From Bacteroidaceae bacterium (GTDB lineage Bacteria; Bacteroidota; Bacteroidia; Bacteroidales; Bacteroidaceae): a stretch of 64,000 bases of DNA. Made by a program: the position numbers and the translations under genes. Below the pieces are notes generated by a model, which made no database searches, had not been told where the DNA came from, and worked only from the letters and a program-made list of their open reading frames with translations. Below, piece by piece: positions 48,570-57,592 of the stretch. The DNA is taken from positions 2,636,409 to 2,700,408 of the forward strand of contig OY776497.1 of NCBI GenBank assembly GCA_963675625.1, written 5' to 3'. Within the stretch, counting starts at the first letter, position 1; each line of letters begins with the position of its first letter.

Positions 48570-49766
48570 TTACAATCGACCTATACATTCCGTAGCCCAG
48601 CATCTAGCCGCCGCATCCGTCTGCATATAATCTTCCAGCGATGGATGCGCCACAAAATCGACACGTTCCATACACTCCTCAATGATATCACTCATCGTCA
48701 AGAACGAAATATGACCTGCCAAGAAAGAAGCTACCACCACTTCATTGGCCGCATTCATAATACACGCCGCATTCCCGCCACGTTCCATAGCACGATACGC
48801 AAGCGCCAGATTGCGGAAACGTTCCAAATCTGGTTTCTCAAATGTCAGAGTAGGGCACTCCCACATATTTAATCTTTCCAAGCTACTAGGCATACGATTG
48901 GGATACGCCAACGCATATAAGATAGGCATACGCATATCGGGCATTCCCATCTGCGCCTTGATACTGCTATCCTTAAACTGCACCATCGAATGGATAATAC
49001 TTTGAGGATGCACTACCGCCTCTATTTTGTCGGGCGACACATTAAAGAGCCATTTCGCCTCAATAATCTCAAACCCTTTGTTGATCATCGTAGCCGAATC
49101 AATTGTGATCTTCGCCCCCATATCCCAGTTGGGATGATTCAGAGCCTGCGCAGGCGTTACCTGACGCATCTCGTCCAGAGACAGTGTGCGAAAAGGACCA
49201 CCCGAAGCCGTCAATATAATCTTCTCAACGCTATTCATATCCTCACCTTGCAGTGCTTGGAATACCGCCGAATGCTCCGAATCAACAGGAAGAATCTCCA
49301 CATGATATCTCTCAGTCAAAGCCATCACCAAGTCGCCAGCCACCACCAGCGTCTCTTTATTGGCCAGCGCAATCTGCTTATGCGCCTTAATCGCATTGAT
49401 AGTAGGGATCAAGCCCGAATAGCCCACCAGTGCCGTTACCACCGTATCGATTTCGGGAGCCGTTACAAGATCCGCAATAGCCTGCGCACCACCTAGTACC
49501 TCCACCTCTGGCATATCAGCCAGTGCATGCTTTAGTTTGATTAAGTGCGCCTCATTAGCGATAGCCACCACTTTAGGGCGAAATATCCTAGCTTGTTCGA
49601 TCAAGCGATCCACCCGGTTGTTAGCCGTAATCGCCCATGCCTTATAACAGTCAGGATGGGCCGCCACGATCTCTAGAGTTTGTTCCCCTATACTTCCTGT
49701 CGAACCCAATATAGCCAACCTCTTACACGAGATCGATTCATCTGTAGATTTAGTTGATTTGTTCAT
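48570..49766 (-). CDS. dxr: 1-deoxy-D-xylulose-5-phosphate reductoisomerase
   Basis: ILGSTGSIG NADPH motif and LANKE/DSEHSA catalytic motifs. Confidence 0.95.
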   Translation of the reverse strand: MNKSTKSTDESISCKRLAILGSTGSIGEQTLEIVAAHPDCYKAWAITANNRVDRLIEQARIFRPKVVAIANEAHLIKLKHALADMPEVEVLGGAQAIADLVTAPEIDTVVTALVGYSGLIPTINAIKAHKQIALANKETLVVAGDLVMALTERYHVEILPVDSEHSAVFQALQGEDMNSVEKIILTASGGPFRTLSLDEMRQVTPAQALNHPNWDMGAKITIDSATMINKGFEIIEAKWLFNVSPDKIEAVVHPQSIIHSMVQFKDSSIKAQMGMPDMRMPILYALAYPNRMPSSLERLNMWECPTLTFEKPDLERFRNLALAYRAMERGGNAACIMNAANEVVVASFLAGHISFLTMSDIIEECMERVDFVAHPSLEDYMQTDAAARCWATECIGRL

Positions 49767-49799
49767 GTGATTACATTCATTGGCAACAAGCTGGTCGCA

Positions 49800-50618
49800 T
49801 TAAAACACGATAATATGTTCCGGGTTGATGGCCTCGCCCTGCTTCCACATAGAGAAATGCAAAATATCTCCATCCGTAAAGTGCGCCAGTACCTGTCCCG
49901 TCGTGACCTTATCCCCCTGCTTGACCAGCATCGTGCCCTGCGCATGATACGACGATACAAAACCCTGTGGATGCTGTATACTGATCAAGAAGAATCCCCC
50001 TTTCAGCGATTCCGCAATGATCACAGTACCCCCAAGCGTCGCCATAATAGGCTCCTTCTTATCGGCCGTAATCCACACACCCAGAGCCTTCTCCTGCTTC
50101 AAGTCAGGCTTCATCATCAGCCCCCTCAAAGGCGGCATAAATAAAAGCTCATTGCCCTTTACCTTAGCGGTAATGGTTGTTAAGTTATATTTTTCTCTGG
50201 CCTCATATTCCTTTTGAAATTGAGTTTCCAGATATGATTTATCCATTAAAGTATCCTGCTGATATTGCGCCAAACTATCTATCGCATTGATGCTATCCAA
50301 AGGAATCTCCCCCGACATCACATTTTGGAAATTCGCGATATACTGCTTTTGTACCAGCGCCACCTGCTGCAAACTATCCAAACGTAGCGCATTGGTCACA
50401 ATCTGCTTGCGAGCCGACACATCCAAGTAGCCAGGCAAAAACTGCTTCAATGGCGTCGTAGCGATCAGAAAGAACGTCACGACACACAGCGCGGCCACGA
50501 TAGCTAAGATCCCCATCGTCAGCGAAGCTCGCGAGATACGGAACGAAGTCACCTTGTGCCCATTGATTTCATTGCGTACCGTAATACGGTAGCGAAAAGC
50601 GAAGAGTTTTTTTCTCAT
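49800..50618 (-). CDS. M23-family metallopeptidase (membrane-anchored)
   Basis: N-terminal TM and a C-terminal LytM-like beta domain (HPQGFVSSYHAQG ... HFSMW). The ATG at 50618 (MRKKLF) is preferred. Confidence 0.75.
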   Translation of the reverse strand: MRKKLFAFRYRITVRNEINGHKVTSFRISRASLTMGILAIVAALCVVTFFLIATTPLKQFLPGYLDVSARKQIVTNALRLDSLQQVALVQKQYIANFQNVMSGEIPLDSINAIDSLAQYQQDTLMDKSYLETQFQKEYEAREKYNLTTITAKVKGNELLFMPPLRGLMMKPDLKQEKALGVWITADKKEPIMATLGGTVIIAESLKGGFFLISIQHPQGFVSSYHAQGTMLVKQGDKVTTGQVLAHFTDGDILHFSMWKQGEAINPEHIIVF

Positions 50619-50707
50619 GTGTCGACAAAAATACGACAAAATAGGGGAAAACAAGCGCTTCGCCCCAACTTTTTTAGCGAAAGCCGAGCGTTTTCACCGA
50701 CTTTGAG

Positions 50708-50715
50708 TATATTTG
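50708..50715 (+). promoter_or_regulatory. Bacteroidota -7 box TATATTTG
   Basis: Exact match 29 nt upstream of the ATG at 50744. It overlaps the ORF-track GTG start, which is therefore unlikely. Confidence 0.45.
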
Positions 50716-50743
50716 TGTGCAAATAACGAAAATAAAAATAACT

Positions 50744-53056
50744 ATGAGAGATATAGCCCTGATCAACGTAGGCGACGCCAAAACAGTATATAATATACTC
50801 CAAGAAGTCATCATCCTATTAGATAAAAAACGCATGTCTTTGGCCCTCAAGAAATACCACGAGGCCCGCCATTACAGTTCCGAGTTCGCTCAACTGCTCC
50901 CCTCGGCTAGTCCCGTATATGGTACCTACCAATCCATGAAACACTATATCCTTCAAGGCATTCAGGACACCGAACGCGGCAATATCTATGCCCAGCTCAC
51001 CGCCCAATTACTCAGTGATGTCCACTGCTGCATGGCCTATTTGCACGCAGTCATCTACTATCCAGACTATTATAAGAATCACCGCGGAAGCACCGCCGCC
51101 AAGTCTTTGCTCGAACAAGGCTTCGCCCTTGTAGCTCTCGCCGAAGAGCGAACCGACGAGTTCTACCAAGCGCGTGATCAGTATATCGACACCCTGCGTT
51201 TTTCCATGCCATGGCGCGTAGAAGATACTGGCCGTTTTATGGAGATTTGGAATAATACCGCGCTCGAAACCACCGATCGCCTATTTATCCTTACCGGCAT
51301 CTACCTCAGCCTGCACGCCAAGCCCGATTATACCAAAGCCAACGTGCTATCCATCATCGCTTCCGATGAAATGGACGCCCACCTGCGGTATCGCGCCAAA
51401 CTGCTTATGCTTCTGTACGAACACCAAGTATATCCTCAAAATGAAGGGCGAGTAGAGACCAAGTGGGACAAAACCTCCTTCAAGAAATTTCATATCTACG
51501 ATGAAGACATGCATATAGATCACAAACGTGAATTTACGCAGATCTACCAAATCGTGATTGAAAACCTATATACCCCACACCTCGTACAGATATTCAAAGA
51601 AGATATCATACCAGGGCTCACCCAAGACATGCACAAAGCGATGGGATCGGATGATGAGATGATCCGTAAACATCCCGAATTCGGCCTCTCCAAAGAAGTT
51701 GAAAACAATATGCAGCGCATCTCCGAGCTCAACGAGAAGGGGCACGACATCTACTACATGACCTTCTTGCCCCTCAAACGTCTGTCTTTCTACAACCGAC
51801 AAGTCAACTGGCTGATGCCCTTCGACTTTCGTCATCCCGAACTCAAGAGCGTACTCAGCAAGACCGCCCTTGGCGAACGTCTGCGTCGCGTCTGTGAAAG
51901 CGCCATGATGTGCGATAACGACAAATTCAGTTTGATGAAACTAGTCGACGAAATGGGTGAACACGTAGGCGAAGCCATCCTCAGCAAGATGGAAGGCGAT
52001 ACCGAAGCCTGGGAGCAACTGGCCGACGATATGATAGAGCGCAATGCGCATCCTATCAACGAAACCCGCCACTTCCTCCACGACCTCAATCGCTATCTTA
52101 CCCTCAAAGAAGGACGTGATTTCAAGAAGTCCGCCCTCAATATCAACACTTCGTTTACCCAAGACGATTGCATCGCCAACAAGCTCGACCTCGAACTGCC
52201 CATGGCAGACTATTGCGACTTCCTAGCCACCCACCGATGCTATCTCGAAGCCCTTCGTTTGCCCATTGATTACGACACCTGCTCCTTCGACACCATCCGT
52301 CACATCGTATATGCCCAAGACAAACTAGCCAAAGGCGAAGGCGGCGTGACCCATGATGACATGCAGGAATTTCCAGATCCCATCCAACTCATCAAGACCA
52401 TACGCACCAAACGCGTGATGACAAGCGATGAAACTTATTGGATAAAACGCCGCGAAGCCTATTTCTATGTTCAATCCAAAGACCCTGCATATATACAACA
52501 AGGACATGAGATCTATATCGAACTCTACGAAAAAGTAGACCAACCCGACGACACCATCTCCTTCAATGCCGCTAGCGCCTATATCCATCTGAACCGCGTA
52601 AAAGACGCCATCAAGATCTACCAGCGCCTGCTGTTTACCTACGAAGAAAATGGTAAAAATCTCCTATACGTATGGCAAGGACTAGCCTGGGCCTACCTGT
52701 TTGATTGGCAGCTAGACAAAGCCCAACAATACCAAGACCTCGTCGTCTCGAAAGAAGATAATAGTTATACAAGTCCCGAAACCGATGTCGTAGAAGCTGA
52801 CGACTTGAGTCAATACTGCAAGGCCACCACCTTGCACGACAAAGCCGCCCTACAAAACATGCTCTATATTACCTTCTTTAGAGGCAAGACTAACCAGTTC
52901 CAAGCCTTCTTGGCACTATATAAAAGCATCGAATTGGACAAGAAGAAACAAATAAAGATTGAACACACCCTAGTAGATGATTGCAATCAGCTGCTTCAGA
53001 TCGATCAAGTCACCGAAGCCGATCTTGCTGTGCTTCAAGATCTGATGGAATTGTAA
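50744..53056 (+). CDS. Large (770 aa) helical hypothetical protein, TPR-like C-terminal part
   Basis: Long ORF with coding-like periodicity and C-ending codon bias. I recognise no catalytic or nucleotide-binding motif. Confidence 0.7.
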   Translation: MRDIALINVGDAKTVYNILQEVIILLDKKRMSLALKKYHEARHYSSEFAQLLPSASPVYGTYQSMKHYILQGIQDTERGNIYAQLTAQLLSDVHCCMAYLHAVIYYPDYYKNHRGSTAAKSLLEQGFALVALAEERTDEFYQARDQYIDTLRFSMPWRVEDTGRFMEIWNNTALETTDRLFILTGIYLSLHAKPDYTKANVLSIIASDEMDAHLRYRAKLLMLLYEHQVYPQNEGRVETKWDKTSFKKFHIYDEDMHIDHKREFTQIYQIVIENLYTPHLVQIFKEDIIPGLTQDMHKAMGSDDEMIRKHPEFGLSKEVENNMQRISELNEKGHDIYYMTFLPLKRLSFYNRQVNWLMPFDFRHPELKSVLSKTALGERLRRVCESAMMCDNDKFSLMKLVDEMGEHVGEAILSKMEGDTEAWEQLADDMIERNAHPINETRHFLHDLNRYLTLKEGRDFKKSALNINTSFTQDDCIANKLDLELPMADYCDFLATHRCYLEALRLPIDYDTCSFDTIRHIVYAQDKLAKGEGGVTHDDMQEFPDPIQLIKTIRTKRVMTSDETYWIKRREAYFYVQSKDPAYIQQGHEIYIELYEKVDQPDDTISFNAASAYIHLNRVKDAIKIYQRLLFTYEENGKNLLYVWQGLAWAYLFDWQLDKAQQYQDLVVSKEDNSYTSPETDVVEADDLSQYCKATTLHDKAALQNMLYITFFRGKTNQFQAFLALYKSIELDKKKQIKIEHTLVDDCNQLLQIDQVTEADLAVLQDLMEL

Positions 53057-53087
53057 TCACTAGTTATTTACCTAGTGTAACATAAAT

Positions 53088-53126
53088 AATAAGGGGTATG
53101 TCAAATCGTTTGACATACCCCTTATT
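53088..53126. terminator. Perfect 18-bp hairpin between convergent genes
   Basis: aataaggggtatgtcaaa-tcg-tttgacataccccttatt. Confidence 0.7.
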
Positions 53127-53178
53127 GTATTCTATCTATCCTAATGATAGAGTCATTTAATGAGCAAGTGTACTATCG

Positions 53179-54012
53179 TTAAAATGTAAATTGCACTACC
53201 CAAAAATCATTGGCGTAAGCTGCATCCTCATTGACGTGATAATCATCTCTATCCTCTGAATCAGGATTAGAATAATGTCTACAAACGACAAATGAGTGAG
53301 TTTTTTTATTCGTATAGTATACATGTATATTTTGATGTTGTTCCACTGTAGATTCATAAAGCTTAAGCGCCTCTTCATATGTTATTGACCTTGAAGTCAT
53401 CAATTGTTGAAGATAAGTTGCTTTTGCAGAAGGCGTAAGTCCCGTTGTCATATCAAAAGAATGATCTTCTAATTGTTCTAGTTTGATATCTAGTATATAT
53501 GATTCTGTACCTTCAGGATACGCTGCTATTCGGTTATTAAATCCTTTCTTAATCCATGTGTCATAGGCCTTTTCATACGCATATACATACATATGCCCTT
53601 CGTAGATATAGAGGACAAAGATTTCATCATTGTCTTCTTTATATGCGGTATATGAACCATTCATCTCATCGAGTGTATATACCGTGGTACATGGATTGTG
53701 GTCCAACACATAATTTGTGACCACTTGATTGTTATCATTAACCAATGCATAATTTGCTGGAATATGCGCTTTTGCATCAGCATTAGCATCAGCTATCACC
53801 TGATTAATATCCACTTGCTGTCCACCGATTTCAAAAGTGTCGCCTGATATAACTTGTACGAACTCATTAGGCACTACTAGTGTTTCTTTTGGGTCGTCGC
53901 TACTATCACAACTAGTTAGCCCTAGTGTTAAGCACGTACACAATAAAAAGATAGGGGAAATCTTACGCATCAATTTAGATACTTTCGATAATTCGAAATA
54001 ATTTTTTCTCAT
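53179..54012 (-). CDS. Hypothetical lipoprotein, tandem paralogue 1
   Basis: Lipobox LGLTSC after MRKISPIFLL. Start at ATG 54012 or 53970; the ORF-track TTG start lies within the -7 box. Confidence 0.7.
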   Translation of the reverse strand: MRKNYFELSKVSKLMRKISPIFLLCTCLTLGLTSCDSSDDPKETLVVPNEFVQVISGDTFEIGGQQVDINQVIADANADAKAHIPANYALVNDNNQVVTNYVLDHNPCTTVYTLDEMNGSYTAYKEDNDEIFVLYIYEGHMYVYAYEKAYDTWIKKGFNNRIAAYPEGTESYILDIKLEQLEDHSFDMTTGLTPSAKATYLQQLMTSRSITYEEALKLYESTVEQHQNIHVYYTNKKTHSFVVCRHYSNPDSEDRDDYHVNEDAAYANDFWVVQFTF

Positions 54013-54054
54013 AATTTTTATGGATTTGATTAATAGTGTTAAGTTTTTGTTGCA

Positions 54055-54062
54055 CAAATATA
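54055..54062 (-). promoter_or_regulatory. Bacteroidota -7 box (TATATTTG on coding strand)
   Basis: CAAATATA on the + strand, 43 nt upstream of the ATG at 54012. Confidence 0.45.
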
Positions 54063-54162
54063 GATATAAATACTAACTGTGAAAAATAATCACCAAAGAA
54101 AAATCAAAAAATAAACCTTAAAATCAGGATCATTATTATCGAATAGTGTACCATTCATAAAT

Positions 54163-54201
54163 AATAAGGGGTATGTCAAATCGTTTGACATACCCCTTAT
54201 T
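54163..54201 (-). terminator. Second copy of the perfect 18-bp hairpin
   Basis: Identical to 53088-53126. Confidence 0.7.
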
Positions 54202-54247
54202 GTATTCGATCTATCCTAAGGATAGAGTTGTTAAATAGACAAACATA

Positions 54248-55078
54248 CTACCCAAATGTAAAGCTCACTACCCAAAAATCATTGGCGTAAGCTGCATTAT
54301 CACTGACGTTGTATCTATCTCTATCATCAGCATCAGGAGTAGAGAAATGCTTACAGAAGACAAAAGAGTGAGTACTCTTGTTTGTATAATACACATTCAT
54401 ATTTATATGTTCCATACGAGATTCATAAAGCGTAAATGCTTGTTCATATGTCATTTGTTCTGCATTCATGACCTGTTGAATATAGGCTTCTCTTTGAGAA
54501 GTAGGATACCCCATCATCAAATCAACAGAATTATCTTCTAGTTGTTTTATTGTGATATCCATGATATATATTTCTGTAGGTCGAATCATCGCTGATTTGT
54601 TCATTGAATTAACATTCATCCATGTGTCATTCGATTTCTCATATTCATATACATACGCATGTCCTTCGTAAATATAGAAAATAATGATCTCATTATCACC
54701 CGCTTTAAATGCGGCGTACGAACCATTCATCTCTTTCAATGTATATGCCTTAGTACAAGGATTGTGATCCAACACATAGTTTTCGATTACTTGATTACTA
54801 CCATTAGTTACTGCATAATTTGCTGGAGCATGCGCTTTAGCATCAGTATCAGCATCGGCTACTATCTGAGTGATATCCACTTGCTGACCAGCGATTTCAA
54901 ATGTATTACCTGATATAACTTGTACGAACTCGTTAGGTTCTACTAGTTTTTCTTTTGGATCATCATTGCTATCACAACTAGTTAGTCCTAGCGTTAAGCA
55001 TGTACACAATAAAAAGATAGGGGAAATCTTACGCATCAATTTAGATACTTTCGATAATTGAAAATAATTTTTTCTCAT
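54248..55078 (-). CDS. Hypothetical lipoprotein, tandem paralogue 2
   Basis: Same leader and lipobox as paralogue 1. The conserved C-terminus AAYANDFWVV-FTF is shared. Confidence 0.7.
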   Translation of the reverse strand: MRKNYFQLSKVSKLMRKISPIFLLCTCLTLGLTSCDSNDDPKEKLVEPNEFVQVISGNTFEIAGQQVDITQIVADADTDAKAHAPANYAVTNGSNQVIENYVLDHNPCTKAYTLKEMNGSYAAFKAGDNEIIIFYIYEGHAYVYEYEKSNDTWMNVNSMNKSAMIRPTEIYIMDITIKQLEDNSVDLMMGYPTSQREAYIQQVMNAEQMTYEQAFTLYESRMEHINMNVYYTNKSTHSFVFCKHFSTPDADDRDRYNVSDNAAYANDFWVVSFTFG

Positions 55079-55120
55079 AATTTTTTCGGATTTAATTAAT
55101 AGTGTTAAGTTTTTGCTATA

Positions 55121-55128
55121 CAAATATA
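55121..55128 (-). promoter_or_regulatory. Bacteroidota -7 box (TATATTTG on coding strand)
   Basis: CAAATATA on the + strand, 43 nt upstream of the ATG at 55078. Confidence 0.45.
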
Positions 55129-55185
55129 GGCATAAATCTTAACTGTGAAAAACAATTATGAAAGAAAATTTAAAAAAAACACCCA

Positions 55186-56217
55186 CTAATTCAGAATCAT
55201 CATCACCAAATCGCGCAATAGCGCACCATCCGTTTGATTGGCCGCCCCAATCCCCTTGCTACGGGCATCTGTGGTACGTATCATACTGATAATCTGCATC
55301 GTTTTCGTCCCAGAATACACCCGCATAGCCGCCACATAATCACGCGCCAGCCAGTCAGCCCGCAGTCCGATAAACTGCGCAACCCCCCGCTCATCTCTAT
55401 GCGGCGCATAATAAGCGATCATCAGATTGCTGAAAAACTCAAATAACGTCCCCAGCAATAGCGGCAACACCAACGTCTTCGGATTCTGCTCGTAAAACAA
55501 AACGATACGCATCGCCATCACCGCATCCTTCTGCACCAAAGCCCTCTGCAATTCAAAGGTATTGTACGTCTTACTGATCCCCACAATCTGTTCCACCAGT
55601 TCCGCCGTAATCTTCTTCTGCTTAGGTCCTAGCGACGTCACCAACTTATCAATCTCATTGGACAAACGTGTCAAATCCGCCCCCACATGATCCGCCAACA
55701 TCTGCGACGCCTTCGCATCGATCGTTACTTGACGAAGCGTACAGAAATTGGTAATGACCGGACCCAAAAGATGCGGTTTCACACTTTCACTTTCAAACAG
55801 CACACCGCCCGCCTTCTTAATCTCCGAAAAGATCTTCTTGCGCGCATCAATCTTCTTATGCTTATGGCAAAAAATCAAGACCGTCGACGGCATCGGCTTC
55901 TTGAGATAATCCCCCAATCGGTCCAAATCCCTCAAGTTCTGCGCCTCCTTTACGATAATCACCGTGCGTTCCGCCATCATTGGATATCGGCGCGCCTCAT
56001 TACAAATATCCGCCGTCTTCCTATCCGGCGTCGCATAGATCACCGTCTGATTGAACCCCTGTTCCTCAGGTTTCAGCAGATGCGACTCCGCCCAATTGGC
56101 CACCTGGTCAATATAATAAGCCTCCTCCCCATGCAAGTAATACACCGGAACCGACGCCCCCGATTGGAGCATCTTTATAATATCGCCACTCGTCAGAAAT
56201 TTTGCTTGCTTCGCCAT
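55186..56217 (-). CDS. holA: DNA polymerase III delta subunit
   Basis: About 340 aa with HolA-like layout (VYYLHGEEAYYID N-terminus, helical C-domains). Confidence 0.8.
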   Translation of the reverse strand: MAKQAKFLTSGDIIKMLQSGASVPVYYLHGEEAYYIDQVANWAESHLLKPEEQGFNQTVIYATPDRKTADICNEARRYPMMAERTVIIVKEAQNLRDLDRLGDYLKKPMPSTVLIFCHKHKKIDARKKIFSEIKKAGGVLFESESVKPHLLGPVITNFCTLRQVTIDAKASQMLADHVGADLTRLSNEIDKLVTSLGPKQKKITAELVEQIVGISKTYNTFELQRALVQKDAVMAMRIVLFYEQNPKTLVLPLLLGTLFEFFSNLMIAYYAPHRDERGVAQFIGLRADWLARDYVAAMRVYSGTKTMQIISMIRTTDARSKGIGAANQTDGALLRDLVMMILN

Positions 56218-56231
56218 GCTGTATATATCAC

Positions 56232-56270
56232 GAGAGCAGTCACGCCCGAATAAAAGACGTGACTGCTCTC
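56232..56270 (-). terminator. 13-bp hairpin between the cyd operon end and the holA start
   Basis: gagagcagtcacg-(13 nt)-cgtgactgctctc. There is a T5 run on the + side only. Confidence 0.4.
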
Positions 56271-56316
56271 AGGTTTTTGTAGAGCAAAGATACAAATTGC
56301 TCGGCAATCAGCCAAA

Positions 56317-56421
56317 CTATTTGTCCCTCATATTTCTCATTGCGCGTTTGATGATCACATAACTCACCACAATCATCGCAGGCCACATCAAGTAGCCCAA
56401 AATAGCTCCCGTATATATCAT
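56317..56421 (-). CDS. Unlisted 34-aa single-TM ORF downstream of cydB (candidate small cytochrome bd accessory subunit)
   Basis: My own translation: MIYTGAILGYLMWPAMIVVSYVIIKRAMRNMRDK*. The ATG lies 40 nt after the cydB stop, and it shares the G-ending codon bias of its neighbours (ACG, TTG, GCG, GTG). Confidence 0.45.
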   Translation of the reverse strand: MIYTGAILGYLMWPAMIVVSYVIIKRAMRNMRDK

Positions 56422-56460
56422 ATTCTAAAGGATTAAGTCATTCCACATCCCGACACCACA

Positions 56461-57591
56461 CTAGTATGTGTGATTCGTTTCATCCAGCATCTCCGCCTCA
56501 TTGATCGGCACCTTGTTGATACTCCGCCACGCATACACGATATACGCCAATACAAACGGAATAGCTAGCGACACATAACTCATCGTCACCAGCGTAAACT
56601 TACTCGAGCTCGCATTCTGTATCGTCAGCGAACTCTGCGGACTAGTCAACGACGGATAGAAAGTCGAATCATTCAATCCCGCCAGCATAAACAGCATCCA
56701 CACCGTGATCACCGTGCCGATCCCCGTGTACCAGATGCCCTTGCGGCTACCCAGCCAAATCGTCAAACCGATCCCCATCAACACCAGCATCACCCCAGCG
56801 AGAAAGAGCACCAACACCACCGGCATATCCCATAGATTATGCCAATACTTATATGGTTCAGGAATCACCGTACCATCACTCACCACCGTATAGCCCGTAT
56901 GCACCATAATGGCCGCACAAAACGTTAGGAAACACAACACAAACGGCACCGCATTCAAAATCATCTGCTGTTTCGCATGCACCCTGATCGCCTCACTATC
57001 TATCGTATTGATAAAATACATCAACCCCAACACCCGTGCCAAGAAAAACACCGTGAACCCCAGACAAAGATTGCGCCAATTGGCCGCCGCCTCCAATCCG
57101 TGTAGCGGATGATCCCACGTCATATGATTCATAATATCCAGACTGAAGTTCGCCCCCGTAAAGAACGTCCCCACAGCCGTACCAATCAAAATCGTGCCCA
57201 CCAATCCGTTGAAAAACAGCAAGCCCTCATACGTCTTACGTCCCAACCAATTGCCCGGTTTCGTGCGGAACTCATAGCTCACTGCCTGCACCACAAAAGC
57301 AATCAATATCAACATCCACACCCAGTATGCACCTCCGAACGACGTACTATAAAACAGCGGAAACGACGCAAAAAACGCCCCACCGAAAGTTACCAGTGTC
57401 GTAAACGTAAACTCCCATTTACGTCCCAGCGCATTGACCAACATCGTCTTCTCCACCTCCGTGCGTCCCAGCGCGCCAAACAACGTCTGGCCCCCCTGCA
57501 CAAACATCAGAAACACGAGTAGGGCACCCAGCAGCGACACGATAATCCACCAATATTGTTGTAAAGTCAACAAGTCCAATTGTTCAAACAT
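56461..57591 (-). CDS. cydB: Cytochrome bd ubiquinol/menaquinol oxidase subunit II
   Basis: CydB-like polytopic sequence. The ATG at 57591 (MFEQLDLLTLQQYWW) lies 1 nt after the cydA stop. Confidence 0.92.
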   Translation of the reverse strand: MFEQLDLLTLQQYWWIIVSLLGALLVFLMFVQGGQTLFGALGRTEVEKTMLVNALGRKWEFTFTTLVTFGGAFFASFPLFYSTSFGGAYWVWMLILIAFVVQAVSYEFRTKPGNWLGRKTYEGLLFFNGLVGTILIGTAVGTFFTGANFSLDIMNHMTWDHPLHGLEAAANWRNLCLGFTVFFLARVLGLMYFINTIDSEAIRVHAKQQMILNAVPFVLCFLTFCAAIMVHTGYTVVSDGTVIPEPYKYWHNLWDMPVVLVLFLAGVMLVLMGIGLTIWLGSRKGIWYTGIGTVITVWMLFMLAGLNDSTFYPSLTSPQSSLTIQNASSSKFTLVTMSYVSLAIPFVLAYIVYAWRSINKVPINEAEMLDETNHTY

Positions 57592-57592
57592 C

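Larger units (their letters stand above)
53081..55180. repeat. Tandem duplication (~1075-bp period) of hairpin, lipoprotein gene and promoter
   Basis: A 52-nt identical run, cataaataataaggggtatgtcaaatcgtttgacataccccttattgtattc, occurs at 53081 and 54156. The two encoded proteins are collinear paralogues. Confidence 0.9.
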
